Counted from the stretch's first letter, positions 1 to 7,965 are shown. The stretch: DNA of 13,040 bases from Thainema sp. (GCA_052168235.1 JBQLZK010000114.1:1-13040); one strand, 5' to 3'. A program made the numbers and translations. Notes: generated by a model not told the origin, from the sequence alone.

Positions 1-341
1 CGAACTCCTGACCACGCAAGGTCTACACTCTATCACCTTTTAGCCGACCAGTGCCAAGAAAACAGTATTGTCCATGATTGATCCTGAATAAAACCCAAAT
101 AGCACTCAAATAAAACTGGTAAATTGAATTGATACATCAAAGCAAATTAAACCAAATTGCTTCCAATCTATGATGAAATATAAATTGAAATCTAAGCTGC
201 GCTGCACTACCGTGAGGCCACCTAATTACCTCTTCAGGTTCATGCGAGCTATTAAGACTATTTAAATACCAATACCACTTCATCTAGTGGGTTCGTTATG
301 CATAAGTGCCTCCAAACTAAGAGAATTCTCCTTTACTGTTT

Positions 342-357
342 TCTACCTGAAGGTAGA
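342..357. promoter_or_regulatory. Perfect 7-2-7 dyad TCTACCT-GA-AGGTAGA, candidate transcription-factor operator upstream of the GH13 gene
   Basis: Seen in sequence: 7-bp arms at 342-348 and 351-357, about 280 bp upstream of the ATG at 634. Regulatory function is inference. Confidence 0.35.
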
Positions 358-391
358 TTGCACATACAGCTCCATTAAATAGCTGGTGAAC

Positions 392-446
392 TAAATTGAT
401 TATGAACAGGCCGATCCGCCGGATCGGCCTGTTCATAATCAATTTA
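392..446. repeat. 55-bp near-perfect palindrome (27-bp arms around a single central C), probably the core of a small MITE-like fold-back element spanning about 364-458
   Basis: TAAATTGATTATGAACAGGCCGATCCG (392-418) is the exact reverse complement of 420-446. The outer flanks ATACAGC (364-370) and GCTGCAT (452-458) are imperfectly complementary. Confidence 0.9.
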
Positions 447-633
447 AGATTGCTGCATTAGGGATTGATTGTGCCTAGGGTAAATTGCTGGGGTGGTGTC
501 AGCTCAGCCCACAATCATCTAATTGACATTGACTAATCCTTCTTGAGGAGGGTGTAGAAAAGCGCATTCAAAATCACATTGGGATAGACAAGAATCCTAA
601 AATTTATAGCACGATAAAATCAAAGGAAGACTC

Positions 634-2283
634 ATGGCTAGCTCAGTTGAGTTTAAGCTGTTTGCCCCCTATAGTCAGGGAGTAAAGCTCCAAGGTTCTT
701 TTTCGGATGGAAAAGAGATTGATTTAGAAAAAGGAAAAGACGGCTATTATCGCACCGAGATTGATCTGGAAGATGGGCTCTACACCTACAAATTCCGAGT
801 TCAGTCCAAGAGTTATTTTTTAGACCCTGATGAATGGGTCGAGGTGATTGATCCGAAAGCGACGAATATAGACGAAGAAAAGCAGATGGCCGTGATCCAG
901 ATTAAAGACGGTCAACCGATTATTGATGACTATGTTTGGCAGCATGACGATCAGTCGCTACCGAACAATGATGAATTAGTGATTTATGAGATCTTAGTCA
1001 AAGATTTCTCGGGTGGAGAAGACGATCCCTATCCACGTGGCAAGTTTAAGCATGTTGTTGAAAAGCTGGATTATCTCTCTGATTTGGGTATTAACGCCAT
1101 TGAACTCATTCCCATTCAAGAGTTTCCTGGCGATGAAGGCTGGGGGTACAATCCTCGTCATTATTTTGCGGTGGAATCTTCTTATGGATCGACGGCTGAC
1201 CTGAAGAACTTGATTGATGAATGCCATGCCCGTGGCATTCGCGTTATGCTCGATATTATTCTCAATCACTCTGATTACGAAGCACCCCTGACCCAAATTG
1301 ACTACAACTATTGGTATTTGAAAGATCCCAAAGATCCGGATTTCAACTGGGGGCCAGAGTTTGATTATGATCACTACGACGAAAATCTTGATTTATGTCC
1401 CGCTCAAGAGTTTGTCAAAGAAATTGTGCGGTTTTGGATTGCGGAATATCACATTGATGGTTTCCGATACGATGCCGTTAAGCAAATGGGGCACTTTGAC
1501 TTTCTGCGCCAGCTCACGGATGAAGCCTCTAAGCTGGCTCACCCCAAGCCGTTTTTTAACATCGGTGAATTAATTCCCGAAGTTCCTGATGCTACCAATC
1601 TAGAGGGGCCGCTGGATGCCTGTTGGCGAGACGGGTTCCAGCACCAAATTGCTCCGATGCTCTGGGGCGAGGATGGTGATATTGAAACGCTGAAAGAGCT
1701 GATTGATGCTAAGCGTTCAGGCTATATGGGCGCTGTGAATGTGATCAATTATCTGAGTAACCATGATCATGATCATTTGATGGTGCAGTTGGCGAATCAT
1801 AATGTGTTCGATGACGCTGCTTTTAAGCGGGCCAGACTGGGAGCCGCGATCATGATGACGGCAATGGGTATTCCCTTAATCTGGATGGGAGAGGAGTTTG
1901 GTGCGTATAAGCCTAAAACGTTAGATTCGGTCAAGATTGACTGGACACTGTTGGGTAACGATTGCAATCGCAACTTATGGGAAACGTATCGCGGTCTGAT
2001 CAACCTGCGGAAAAGTAGCCATGCCCTCCGCACCAATAATGTGGAATTCTTTTATGAAAACTCTGACGATAAGGTAATTGCCTTTGTTCGCTGGAATGAT
2101 GAAGGCTCACGGATCGTCGTTGTGCTTAACTTTTCGGATCAGTATCGAGCAGACTACGAAATTCCCTACTTTCCCCACAACGGCACCTGGCACGAGTGGA
2201 TCAACGACTATGATGTTGAAGTCAACGATGGCCTTTGGGTCACGGATCTGCCGGAATACGAAGCGAAAGTACTAGTAGCTTAA
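634..2283 (+). CDS. Glycoside hydrolase family 13 (alpha-amylase family; branching-enzyme/maltooligosyltrehalose-hydrolase-like) with N-terminal CBM48/AMPK-beta-like carbohydrate-binding domain
   Basis: 549-aa ORF with GH13 motifs: LVIYEI, LDYLSDLGINAIELIP, WGY, RVMLDIILNH, catalytic nucleophile region GFRYDAVK, acid/base IGE, and NHD (YLSNHDHD). The N-terminus (FKLFAP...GSFSD...YTYKFRV) is CBM48-like. A purine-rich AAAGGAAG lies upstream of the ATG. Confidence 0.92.
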   Translation: MASSVEFKLFAPYSQGVKLQGSFSDGKEIDLEKGKDGYYRTEIDLEDGLYTYKFRVQSKSYFLDPDEWVEVIDPKATNIDEEKQMAVIQIKDGQPIIDDYVWQHDDQSLPNNDELVIYEILVKDFSGGEDDPYPRGKFKHVVEKLDYLSDLGINAIELIPIQEFPGDEGWGYNPRHYFAVESSYGSTADLKNLIDECHARGIRVMLDIILNHSDYEAPLTQIDYNYWYLKDPKDPDFNWGPEFDYDHYDENLDLCPAQEFVKEIVRFWIAEYHIDGFRYDAVKQMGHFDFLRQLTDEASKLAHPKPFFNIGELIPEVPDATNLEGPLDACWRDGFQHQIAPMLWGEDGDIETLKELIDAKRSGYMGAVNVINYLSNHDHDHLMVQLANHNVFDDAAFKRARLGAAIMMTAMGIPLIWMGEEFGAYKPKTLDSVKIDWTLLGNDCNRNLWETYRGLINLRKSSHALRTNNVEFFYENSDDKVIAFVRWNDEGSRIVVVLNFSDQYRADYEIPYFPHNGTWHEWINDYDVEVNDGLWVTDLPEYEAKVLVA

Positions 2284-2403
2284 GAGCGGTTATCTCCAAC
2301 TTGGTTGAAAACCCGTAATTTATTTTTTATGAAACGTTTGCGGAGCAAACGTTTCATAAAAAATAAATTGGGTTTTAGTGCAAGATGTGAGATACACAGA
2401 CTT
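2282..2403. mobile_element. ~120-bp nested fold-back, MITE-like: perfect 25-bp inner stem (2317-2341/2345-2369, loop GGA) inside degenerate ~33-bp outer inverted arms; could also terminate GH13 transcription
   Basis: The inner arms AATTTATTTTTTATGAAACGTTTGC are exact inverted copies. The left outer arm AAGAGCGGTTATCTCCAACTTGGTTGAAAACCC (2282-2314) aligns with the reverse complement of 2370-2403 (AAGTCTGTGTATCTCACATCTTGCACTAAAACCC) at AAG, TATCTC, CTTG and AAAACCC. Mobility is inference. Confidence 0.6.
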
Positions 2404-2522
2404 GATATTACGCTGCTGTTTGGTGGCAATGAGCTGCTTCTGGACTGACTTCATGGTTTCATCGTCGGGATCGTGAAAATAGGGTTTTTGCGATAAGTCG
2501 TAGGTATTGAGAGCATAGGTTT

Positions 2523-2572
2523 CAAGTGCGATCGCATCTTCGACAATTGGACGCAAGTGCGATCGCACTTGC
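2523..2572. repeat. 14-bp direct repeat CAAGTGCGATCGCA (2523-2536, 2554-2567) containing HIP1; the second copy lies in a perfect 20-bp palindrome GCAAGTGCGATCGCACTTGC (2553-2572)
   Basis: Read directly from the sequence; 31-bp period. Confidence 0.9.
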
Positions 2573-2601
2573 TCTTTATACTTTGGATTCGCGCTGAGCT
2601 A

Positions 2602-3885
2602 TTATTCCTGGCCATCCTCTTCGAGTAACCCATGTTTTCTGGCATACCGAGCATAGAAACGAGTTAAAGGTGTAGCGCTTAAACTATGAGCCACAATTGA
2701 GGCGCAAACCATGAATGAGACGATACCCCAAACCTCTTCTAAACCAGTCCGGCGTAGACAAAGCCCAGCATAGAAAATCGCTGCGACGCCAATTGGCCCA
2801 AACCATCCGACAAATGCAGCTTCTTGAATTTTTTTAAGAGGTGGAATTTGACGATAGAGCAAGAGCAATGCTGGTAAACGGCGTAGCAACAGCACGGCAA
2901 CGATCAGCAGCAAACTTTGCCAACCGAAGGCAAGCCATTGATTCCAGGGCAGCATTAGACCCAGCAGCACAAAAATCGGTAGGGTAAAGAAGCGGTTGAT
3001 TGCTTCCTGAACGTTATCTTCTTCTGAACGCTGGTTACCTCCAATCACATTGCCAAAGGCCAGTCCGGCCACAAATACGGCCAATACACCATCGGTGCCT
3101 AACAGTTTGGCGGCTCCTAAGACCGTGATAGAAAGAGCAAGGCTAAAGCCAATGAATGATGTATTTTCAATGGTTTTATTTTGTTCGGCCCACTTTAAGA
3201 AATGACCAGCGGCAAAACCTGCAATGAATCCAAACAGGACGGAACCTCCTACTTCTGCAATCACTACTGTCGTTAACCAGTGGGGCAAAACGCTGCTCAA
3301 GGTCGCGGATTCTGCGCTTTCAGCAGCTCTACTCACAATCAGGATGCACAGCAGGACAAAAGGATAGGCCAACCCGTCATTGCTGCCTGACTCGGTTGAA
3401 ATAAGATGGCGCATGCGGGCGGGAAGGTCATCCTTTGCCACTCCTCCCGTCACAATTGAGGTCGAAACGACCGGGTCTGTCGGAGTGATTGCGGCACCAA
3501 TCATCATCGATTCCCAAAACGGAAACCCCATAATCAGGTAGACCAGTAGACCACTGGCTATCCACATCAGCGGCATAACCAAACCCAGAAGTACAGCTAA
3601 AGCCTTCCAGTGTTGGCGACCATAGTGTTGAGGCAGACGGAGTGCGATACCCATTAGCCCAATGGCCATTGTTAAACGGGCAGCCTGTTCTAGAATATGT
3701 TCTCTCGATAGCCCCCACTGCATTGGATCGATCCAGTTGAGGAGCAGTGGCCCTAGCAAGATTCCGAGTGCCAAGGCCGTCAATGGATCAGACGTCCACC
3801 AGTTACGGCGGAAGTAGTCAGAGACAAGACCAAGTATAAGAACAATGCCGCCGATCGCTGTGAGTGCAATGTTAAATTGGGTCAC
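2602..3885 (-). CDS. Cation:proton antiporter, CPA1/NhaP-type (Na+/H+ exchanger family)
   Basis: 427-aa highly hydrophobic ORF with a GTG start, many predicted TM segments and CPA1 motifs ITPTDPVVS, ESGSNDG, LLRRLP and GWFGPIGVAA. Confidence 0.9.
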   Translation of the reverse strand: MTQFNIALTAIGGIVLILGLVSDYFRRNWWTSDPLTALALGILLGPLLLNWIDPMQWGLSREHILEQAARLTMAIGLMGIALRLPQHYGRQHWKALAVLLGLVMPLMWIASGLLVYLIMGFPFWESMMIGAAITPTDPVVSTSIVTGGVAKDDLPARMRHLISTESGSNDGLAYPFVLLCILIVSRAAESAESATLSSVLPHWLTTVVIAEVGGSVLFGFIAGFAAGHFLKWAEQNKTIENTSFIGFSLALSITVLGAAKLLGTDGVLAVFVAGLAFGNVIGGNQRSEEDNVQEAINRFFTLPIFVLLGLMLPWNQWLAFGWQSLLLIVAVLLLRRLPALLLLYRQIPPLKKIQEAAFVGWFGPIGVAAIFYAGLCLRRTGLEEVWGIVSFMVCASIVAHSLSATPLTRFYARYARKHGLLEEDGQE

Positions 3886-3990
3886 GGTTCTTCACTGAAA
3901 GCTGCTGCAAATTCTGCCTCAGGATATAAGCCTCAGCGATTTCTTACCTCTGCCATAAGGATCTACATCAAGCCTATGTGTCATTACACC

Positions 3991-4061
3991 TAAACCAAAT
4001 CCAGGTTGAAAAGTGGCGTTTCCCGCAGGGAAACGCCACTTTTCAACCCTGCTGGGGTTTA
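3991..4061. repeat. 71-bp symmetric fold-back element: perfect 21-bp stem (4004-4024/4028-4048), GCA loop, outer TAAACC...GGTTTA ends
   Basis: GGTTGAAAAGTGGCGTTTCCC-GCA-GGGAAACGCCACTTTTCAACC. TAAACC (3991-3996) and GGTTTA (4056-4061) are equidistant from the centre at 4026. Confidence 0.88.
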
Positions 4062-4189
4062 ATACCTAATTTCCTAGCGCCTAAAACCTATTCTGAGTAC
4101 TGCCAGGCGGCAACACTGGCTGCTTTTGCCTCACTTGCGATCACAATGCCAGAAGTGACCACAGCTTTCCGTACCCTAACTGGGGAATC

Positions 4190-5800
4190 CTAGTCCATCT
4201 CGCTTTTGGACTGAGAAAAATCCAAGACATCGGGAATCTGCTCGGGGTCTTTAAATGGTTTTGAATCCTGAGTTTGAGCGCTAGCCGCTGGATTGATCGG
4301 CGAGTCAGTTGGAGGCAGAGTGTTCGCTTTCTGCAGGACTTGGTTGATTTGCTCGACCTCATCCAGTGTTTGTTCTGGATTGTCGATACTGCTTTTTTCG
4401 ACGTAGTTAATTTTCAGTTCTTCCAGCAGGTCAATTAACAGCGTTTCAAGTTCTTTCTGCGTTTGTTTTTCCTGAAGCTGCTGCTTCAACGCTTGCCGAA
4501 AGTCTTGGCTGAGCTGCTCCATCAGCATGCGGCCTTCCTGGTCAGAATAAGCATTTTTCAGGACATCATAGGTGCCTTGGGCCAGATACTCGGCTAGCTG
4601 CTCAATGGTTTCGTTGGGCAAATTGCCTATGCCAGGAAACTGCTGCACCGCGCCGTAAAAGTCTGACTGGGTAATGACTTCCGTTAAACTGTGGTGCAAC
4701 AAGGCTTCCAAGTCCGGTTGAACTTCTGGCAAAACTCGGTAAATTGACAGTTGAATCAGCCGATCGGTAATGGCGTCGATTTTATTAATATTGCTGACCT
4801 GCCGATATTGACTGGGTTCAAACAAGAATCGTGCCGCATCTCCTTGTTCAATAGAAGTCTGCGCCTGGTTAACGAGTCGCACCATGAGAAACTTGCTCAC
4901 CCGATCGGCAACGTAGGAGACGGGTTCGTGGGTCACTTGAGCCAGCACCCGCTCCATATTGAAGAGTCTGGACTGATGGAGCCGTACTGAAACGGGTAAG
5001 ACCCGCAGCCAGCGCCAATACGGCAGGAAGAAAATCAGGTCATACCAGCGGCGTAAAATAGCATCACCCCAGCTCACTTGAGGCTGACGATAGCTGCTGA
5101 TTAGAGTGCGTCCTAGTAGATCAACGGCAAACAGCGCCATGAACCAGAGATCAATCTGCCAAAACCGATCAGCGAATCGTCCCGTTTCGTCCAACATTCG
5201 CAGATAGTTGTGCTCCAGCATGGGGCGAATGGCGCGATCGAAGTAAGTCAGCTCGCTTTGCCAACCTGCTCGATTCAGATAGTCCCAACTCCAGAATTTC
5301 AGCAGTGCTTGCTTCGCTGAGATTTCACCTACGTGGGACTGGATACGCTGTTTGAGCTTAGCGTACGCACCAAACTGATTGGCTCCAAAAAAGGGATTTT
5401 CTTCTACTAACTCGATGCTTTGGGCCTGCAGATTACTAAGAATAGGCGCAATCTCCGCTGGTTGAGGCGCAAGTTGTAGAGATTGCATGTTTCCCACTTC
5501 ATGATTTGGATTAACCGTTTCAACTAGCTGATCAACAGTCGCCAAATAAAGCTGTGTATCCGGATGCAGTTCGATGCCCTTGATGGGATCGTAGGCATCT
5601 ACGACTGCGGGTGTGTACTCAAAATAAAGCGATCGCAGCGGAATATAGCTGATATTGAACAGCACCAAAACGAGCTGAATGACAGCAATAAGCGCGACAA
5701 GCTTGCTCCAAACTTGGCCAATGTGCTGCCACACGGTAGGTTGACTGGCAGAATGAGACGTACTGCGGTAAGTAGGAGTTGAAGAAGTCGAAGACTGCAT
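4190..5800 (-). CDS. Conserved hypothetical membrane protein with an ion-transport/voltage-sensor-like S2-S4 segment and a long helical C-terminal region
   Basis: Long ORF (the track opens it at 5839; the first ATG is at 5800, giving 536 aa). It has an N-terminal TM (WSKLVALIAVIQLVLVLFNISYI), then IDLWFMALFAVDLLGR, RWYDLIFFLP and RWLRVLPVSVRLHQSR. The start choice is uncertain. Confidence 0.8.
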   Translation of the reverse strand: MQSSTSSTPTYRSTSHSASQPTVWQHIGQVWSKLVALIAVIQLVLVLFNISYIPLRSLYFEYTPAVVDAYDPIKGIELHPDTQLYLATVDQLVETVNPNHEVGNMQSLQLAPQPAEIAPILSNLQAQSIELVEENPFFGANQFGAYAKLKQRIQSHVGEISAKQALLKFWSWDYLNRAGWQSELTYFDRAIRPMLEHNYLRMLDETGRFADRFWQIDLWFMALFAVDLLGRTLISSYRQPQVSWGDAILRRWYDLIFFLPYWRWLRVLPVSVRLHQSRLFNMERVLAQVTHEPVSYVADRVSKFLMVRLVNQAQTSIEQGDAARFLFEPSQYRQVSNINKIDAITDRLIQLSIYRVLPEVQPDLEALLHHSLTEVITQSDFYGAVQQFPGIGNLPNETIEQLAEYLAQGTYDVLKNAYSDQEGRMLMEQLSQDFRQALKQQLQEKQTQKELETLLIDLLEELKINYVEKSSIDNPEQTLDEVEQINQVLQKANTLPPTDSPINPAASAQTQDSKPFKDPEQIPDVLDFSQSKSEMD

Positions 5801-6042
5801 GCGATCGCGAATGGACAACCAGATGAGCAAGGTGCTCAAAAACTAGCTGCGATTCTATCGCTGCCGTTCCAAGAATACACGTATCTTAGGACTGAACTTG
5901 GCGGCGGTTTGCTATCTGGAAACCTCTCACTGTTGATCTGCTTGTGTTAAAACCTTCTCTCGCGCGATTGACGCATTTTCCCAGTGTCCCAACTAATGTA
6001 TAGGCAGATTCTGACGTGAAATGACAAGGCTAGATTCAAATA

Positions 6043-6210
6043 ATGATGAAATATCGCACAACGATTGGCTGGTCACTGTTAACCTCTGGAATGGTGACGC
6101 TCCTACTCAAAATTCTGCCCGGTGATTCATTATGGTGGGGAATTTTATTCTTAATCCTTGGTAGTGCTGTGCTTTTTGTACGCAAAAGCGATCAAGTCCC
6201 CAATCCTTAA
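6043..6210 (+). CDS. Small two-TM membrane protein, 55 aa (MMKYRTTIGWSLLTSGMVTLLLKILPGDSLWWGILFLILGSAVLFVRKSDQVPNP), below the ORF-track cutoff
   Basis: Manual translation from ATG 6043 to TAA 6210. Two hydrophobic helices are joined by a PGDS turn, with basic residues at both ends (positive-inside pattern). It fills an otherwise empty intergenic gap. Confidence 0.65.
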   Translation: MMKYRTTIGWSLLTSGMVTLLLKILPGDSLWWGILFLILGSAVLFVRKSDQVPNP

Positions 6211-6331
6211 TATAGGATATGAGCGAAAGGCTAACAGTTGATATACATTCGTATAGGTAGCCATTTGCCACTGTGACTGCACACCTTCGCGATTAGGCTG
6301 GATCGGCCTGTATTTTGACATCTCGTACCGA

Positions 6332-6387
6332 AACCTGAAGAAATTGTTTTGTCGTCAGTTCTGGCGGCAAAACAGTTTTCCCAGGTT
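6332..6387 (+). other. 56-nt hairpin upstream of the desaturase gene; all inner-stem mismatches are G-U compatible on the + strand
   Basis: AAATTGTTTTGTCGTCAG (6341-6358) pairs with CTGGCGGCAAAACAGTTT (6361-6378) with three T:G pairs. The stem is extended by AACCTG (6332-6337) and CAGGTT (6382-6387). Confidence 0.7.
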
Positions 6388-6462
6388 CTTGAGTTTGTAA
6401 TTTAGTATATGAGTTTCTAGTTTTTAGTTCCTATTACGCTGTTGTTGTTGGATTTTACTTGA

Positions 6463-7212
6463 TTGATTATTCATCGTGTTGGATATTATTGGCTTGTTTT
6501 TCTAGCATTCATTCTAGGTCGCTATTTCCTCGTCGCTGGCGGGGCATTTTGGTTGTTTTATGTTTCTGACAAAATGCCTTTGCTCAAACGTATCGCCGTA
6601 CCAAAACCAAAGTGGAAACTCATTCGCCAAGATATTAGCTTATCCGTAACATCTGCTTTTCTATTTGCGCTTTTATCGGCTCTAATTATGAGCATTTATA
6701 ACGCTGGTGGCACTCGTATCTATAGCTCTATTGATACCTACGGCTGGTGGTACATGGGGTTCAGTTTTTGTGCCGTTTTAATTTTACAGGACACTTATTT
6801 TTATTTTACTCATCGGCTGCTGCATCATCCTCGCCTATTCAAATGGATGCACTATGGGCATCATCGTTCCCGCGTACCAACTCCTTGGACATCATTTGCG
6901 TTTGAACCCAGTGAGGCAATGATTCACGGCATCTTTTTTGTCAGTTTGGTGTTTTTCATCCCGCTCCATTTTGCGACTCTGATTGCGGCATTTGTCACAA
7001 TGACAATCTGGGCAATGATCACTCATTTAGGCTTTGAATTGGTTCCACCCCACTTTTCAGTAGCTGGATTACAAAAAGGACTGATTGGCCCAGTGCATCA
7101 CGCTATTCATCACCGTCGGTATCAAACGCATTTTGGGTTGTATTTCACCTTTTGGGATCGCGTACTGGGCACAACCGATCCCGCATACATCGAAAAATAT
7201 GTGAACAAATAG
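6463..7212 (+). CDS. Sterol desaturase family protein (fatty acid hydroxylase superfamily, membrane His-box diiron enzyme)
   Basis: 249 aa with a TTG start. His boxes DTYFYFTHRLLH, MHYGHH and HHAIHH, plus PTPWTSFAF and FGLYFTFWDRVLGT typical of the ERG3/ERG25-like family; several TM segments. Confidence 0.92.
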   Translation: MIIHRVGYYWLVFLAFILGRYFLVAGGAFWLFYVSDKMPLLKRIAVPKPKWKLIRQDISLSVTSAFLFALLSALIMSIYNAGGTRIYSSIDTYGWWYMGFSFCAVLILQDTYFYFTHRLLHHPRLFKWMHYGHHRSRVPTPWTSFAFEPSEAMIHGIFFVSLVFFIPLHFATLIAAFVTMTIWAMITHLGFELVPPHFSVAGLQKGLIGPVHHAIHHRRYQTHFGLYFTFWDRVLGTTDPAYIEKYVNK

Positions 7213-7218
7213 CGCCAG

Positions 7219-7965
7219 TTATTGAACTTTGCCAAATCTGCGATCGCGGTTTTGAAATGCTGTCAGTGCCTTTTGAAATTCGCTGCGATCAAAGTCAGGC
7301 CAGAGGGCATCGGTCACATAAATTTCGGCGTAGGCCATTTGCCACAGGAGAAAGTTGCTCAAGCGCATTTCGCCACTGGTGCGAATCAGCAAGTCGGGAT
7401 CGGGCAAATTGGCGGTATAAAGCTGCTGAGCGAATAGGTCATCATTAATTGCGCTGGGATCAAGCTGGCCTTGCTGTACCTGAGTTGCGATATCGCGGCA
7501 GGCTTTGATGATTTCGGCTCGTCCGCCGTAGTTCATCGCCACCGTAAACTGTACGGCGTTGTTGTTGGCAGTAGCCAACATCGCTCGCTGAGCTTCCACC
7601 TGAAGCTGTTCCGGCAGGCTGGAGATATCACCCGCAAACGAAATGCGAACGCCTTCTTCGTTCATCTCTTGCAGCTCTTTTCGTAGCAGTCGTTCGAACA
7701 GCCCCATTAGAAAACTGACTTCTTCCAGCGGTCGCCGCCAGTTTTCGGTTGAAAATGCATACACAGTTAAGGCTGGGATGCCCCAGTCCTTGCAGCAGCG
7801 CAGCAAGTCCTTCAGCGTATTGGCTCCCTGGCGATGCCCAGCGATGCGGGGTAGTCCTCGCTGCTGCGCCCAGCGACCATTGCCGTCCATAATCACCGCG
7901 ACGTGCTGCGGCAACCGCTGGCGATCAAGTTCGGCGGGCAGTTTAACTAAGAGCTTGGCAGTCAT
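7219..7965 (-). CDS. uppS: Isoprenyl transferase / cis-prenyltransferase (undecaprenyl-diphosphate synthase family), probably a paralogous copy
   Basis: Motifs [54 protein letters not shown] and RDRRFG. The ATG at 7965 (MTAKLL..., 248 aa) is preferred over 8043 because GGAGA lies 7 nt upstream of it. Confidence 0.93.
   Translation of the reverse strand: MTAKLLVKLPAELDRQRLPQHVAVIMDGNGRWAQQRGLPRIAGHRQGANTLKDLLRCCKDWGIPALTVYAFSTENWRRPLEEVSFLMGLFERLLRKELQEMNEEGVRISFAGDISSLPEQLQVEAQRAMLATANNNAVQFTVAMNYGGRAEIIKACRDIATQVQQGQLDPSAINDDLFAQQLYTANLPDPDLLIRTSGEMRLSNFLLWQMAYAEIYVTDALWPDFDRSEFQKALTAFQNRDRRFGKVQ

Noticed and set aside
1..75. Minus-strand 11-codon ORF from ATG 75, and an AGGAG at 5-9 that might serve a gene beyond the left edge
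   Set aside because: The ORF is too short, and the possible downstream gene lies outside the window, so neither can be supported.
3978..4193. 71-aa plus-strand ORF
   Set aside because: It runs through the 71-bp palindromic element, has no ATG start or recognisable motif, and is likely spurious.
6300..6311. 12-bp match GGATCGGCCTGT to the palindrome arm at 421-432
   Set aside because: Several 12-bp matches are expected by chance within 13 kb, and the flanks do not align.
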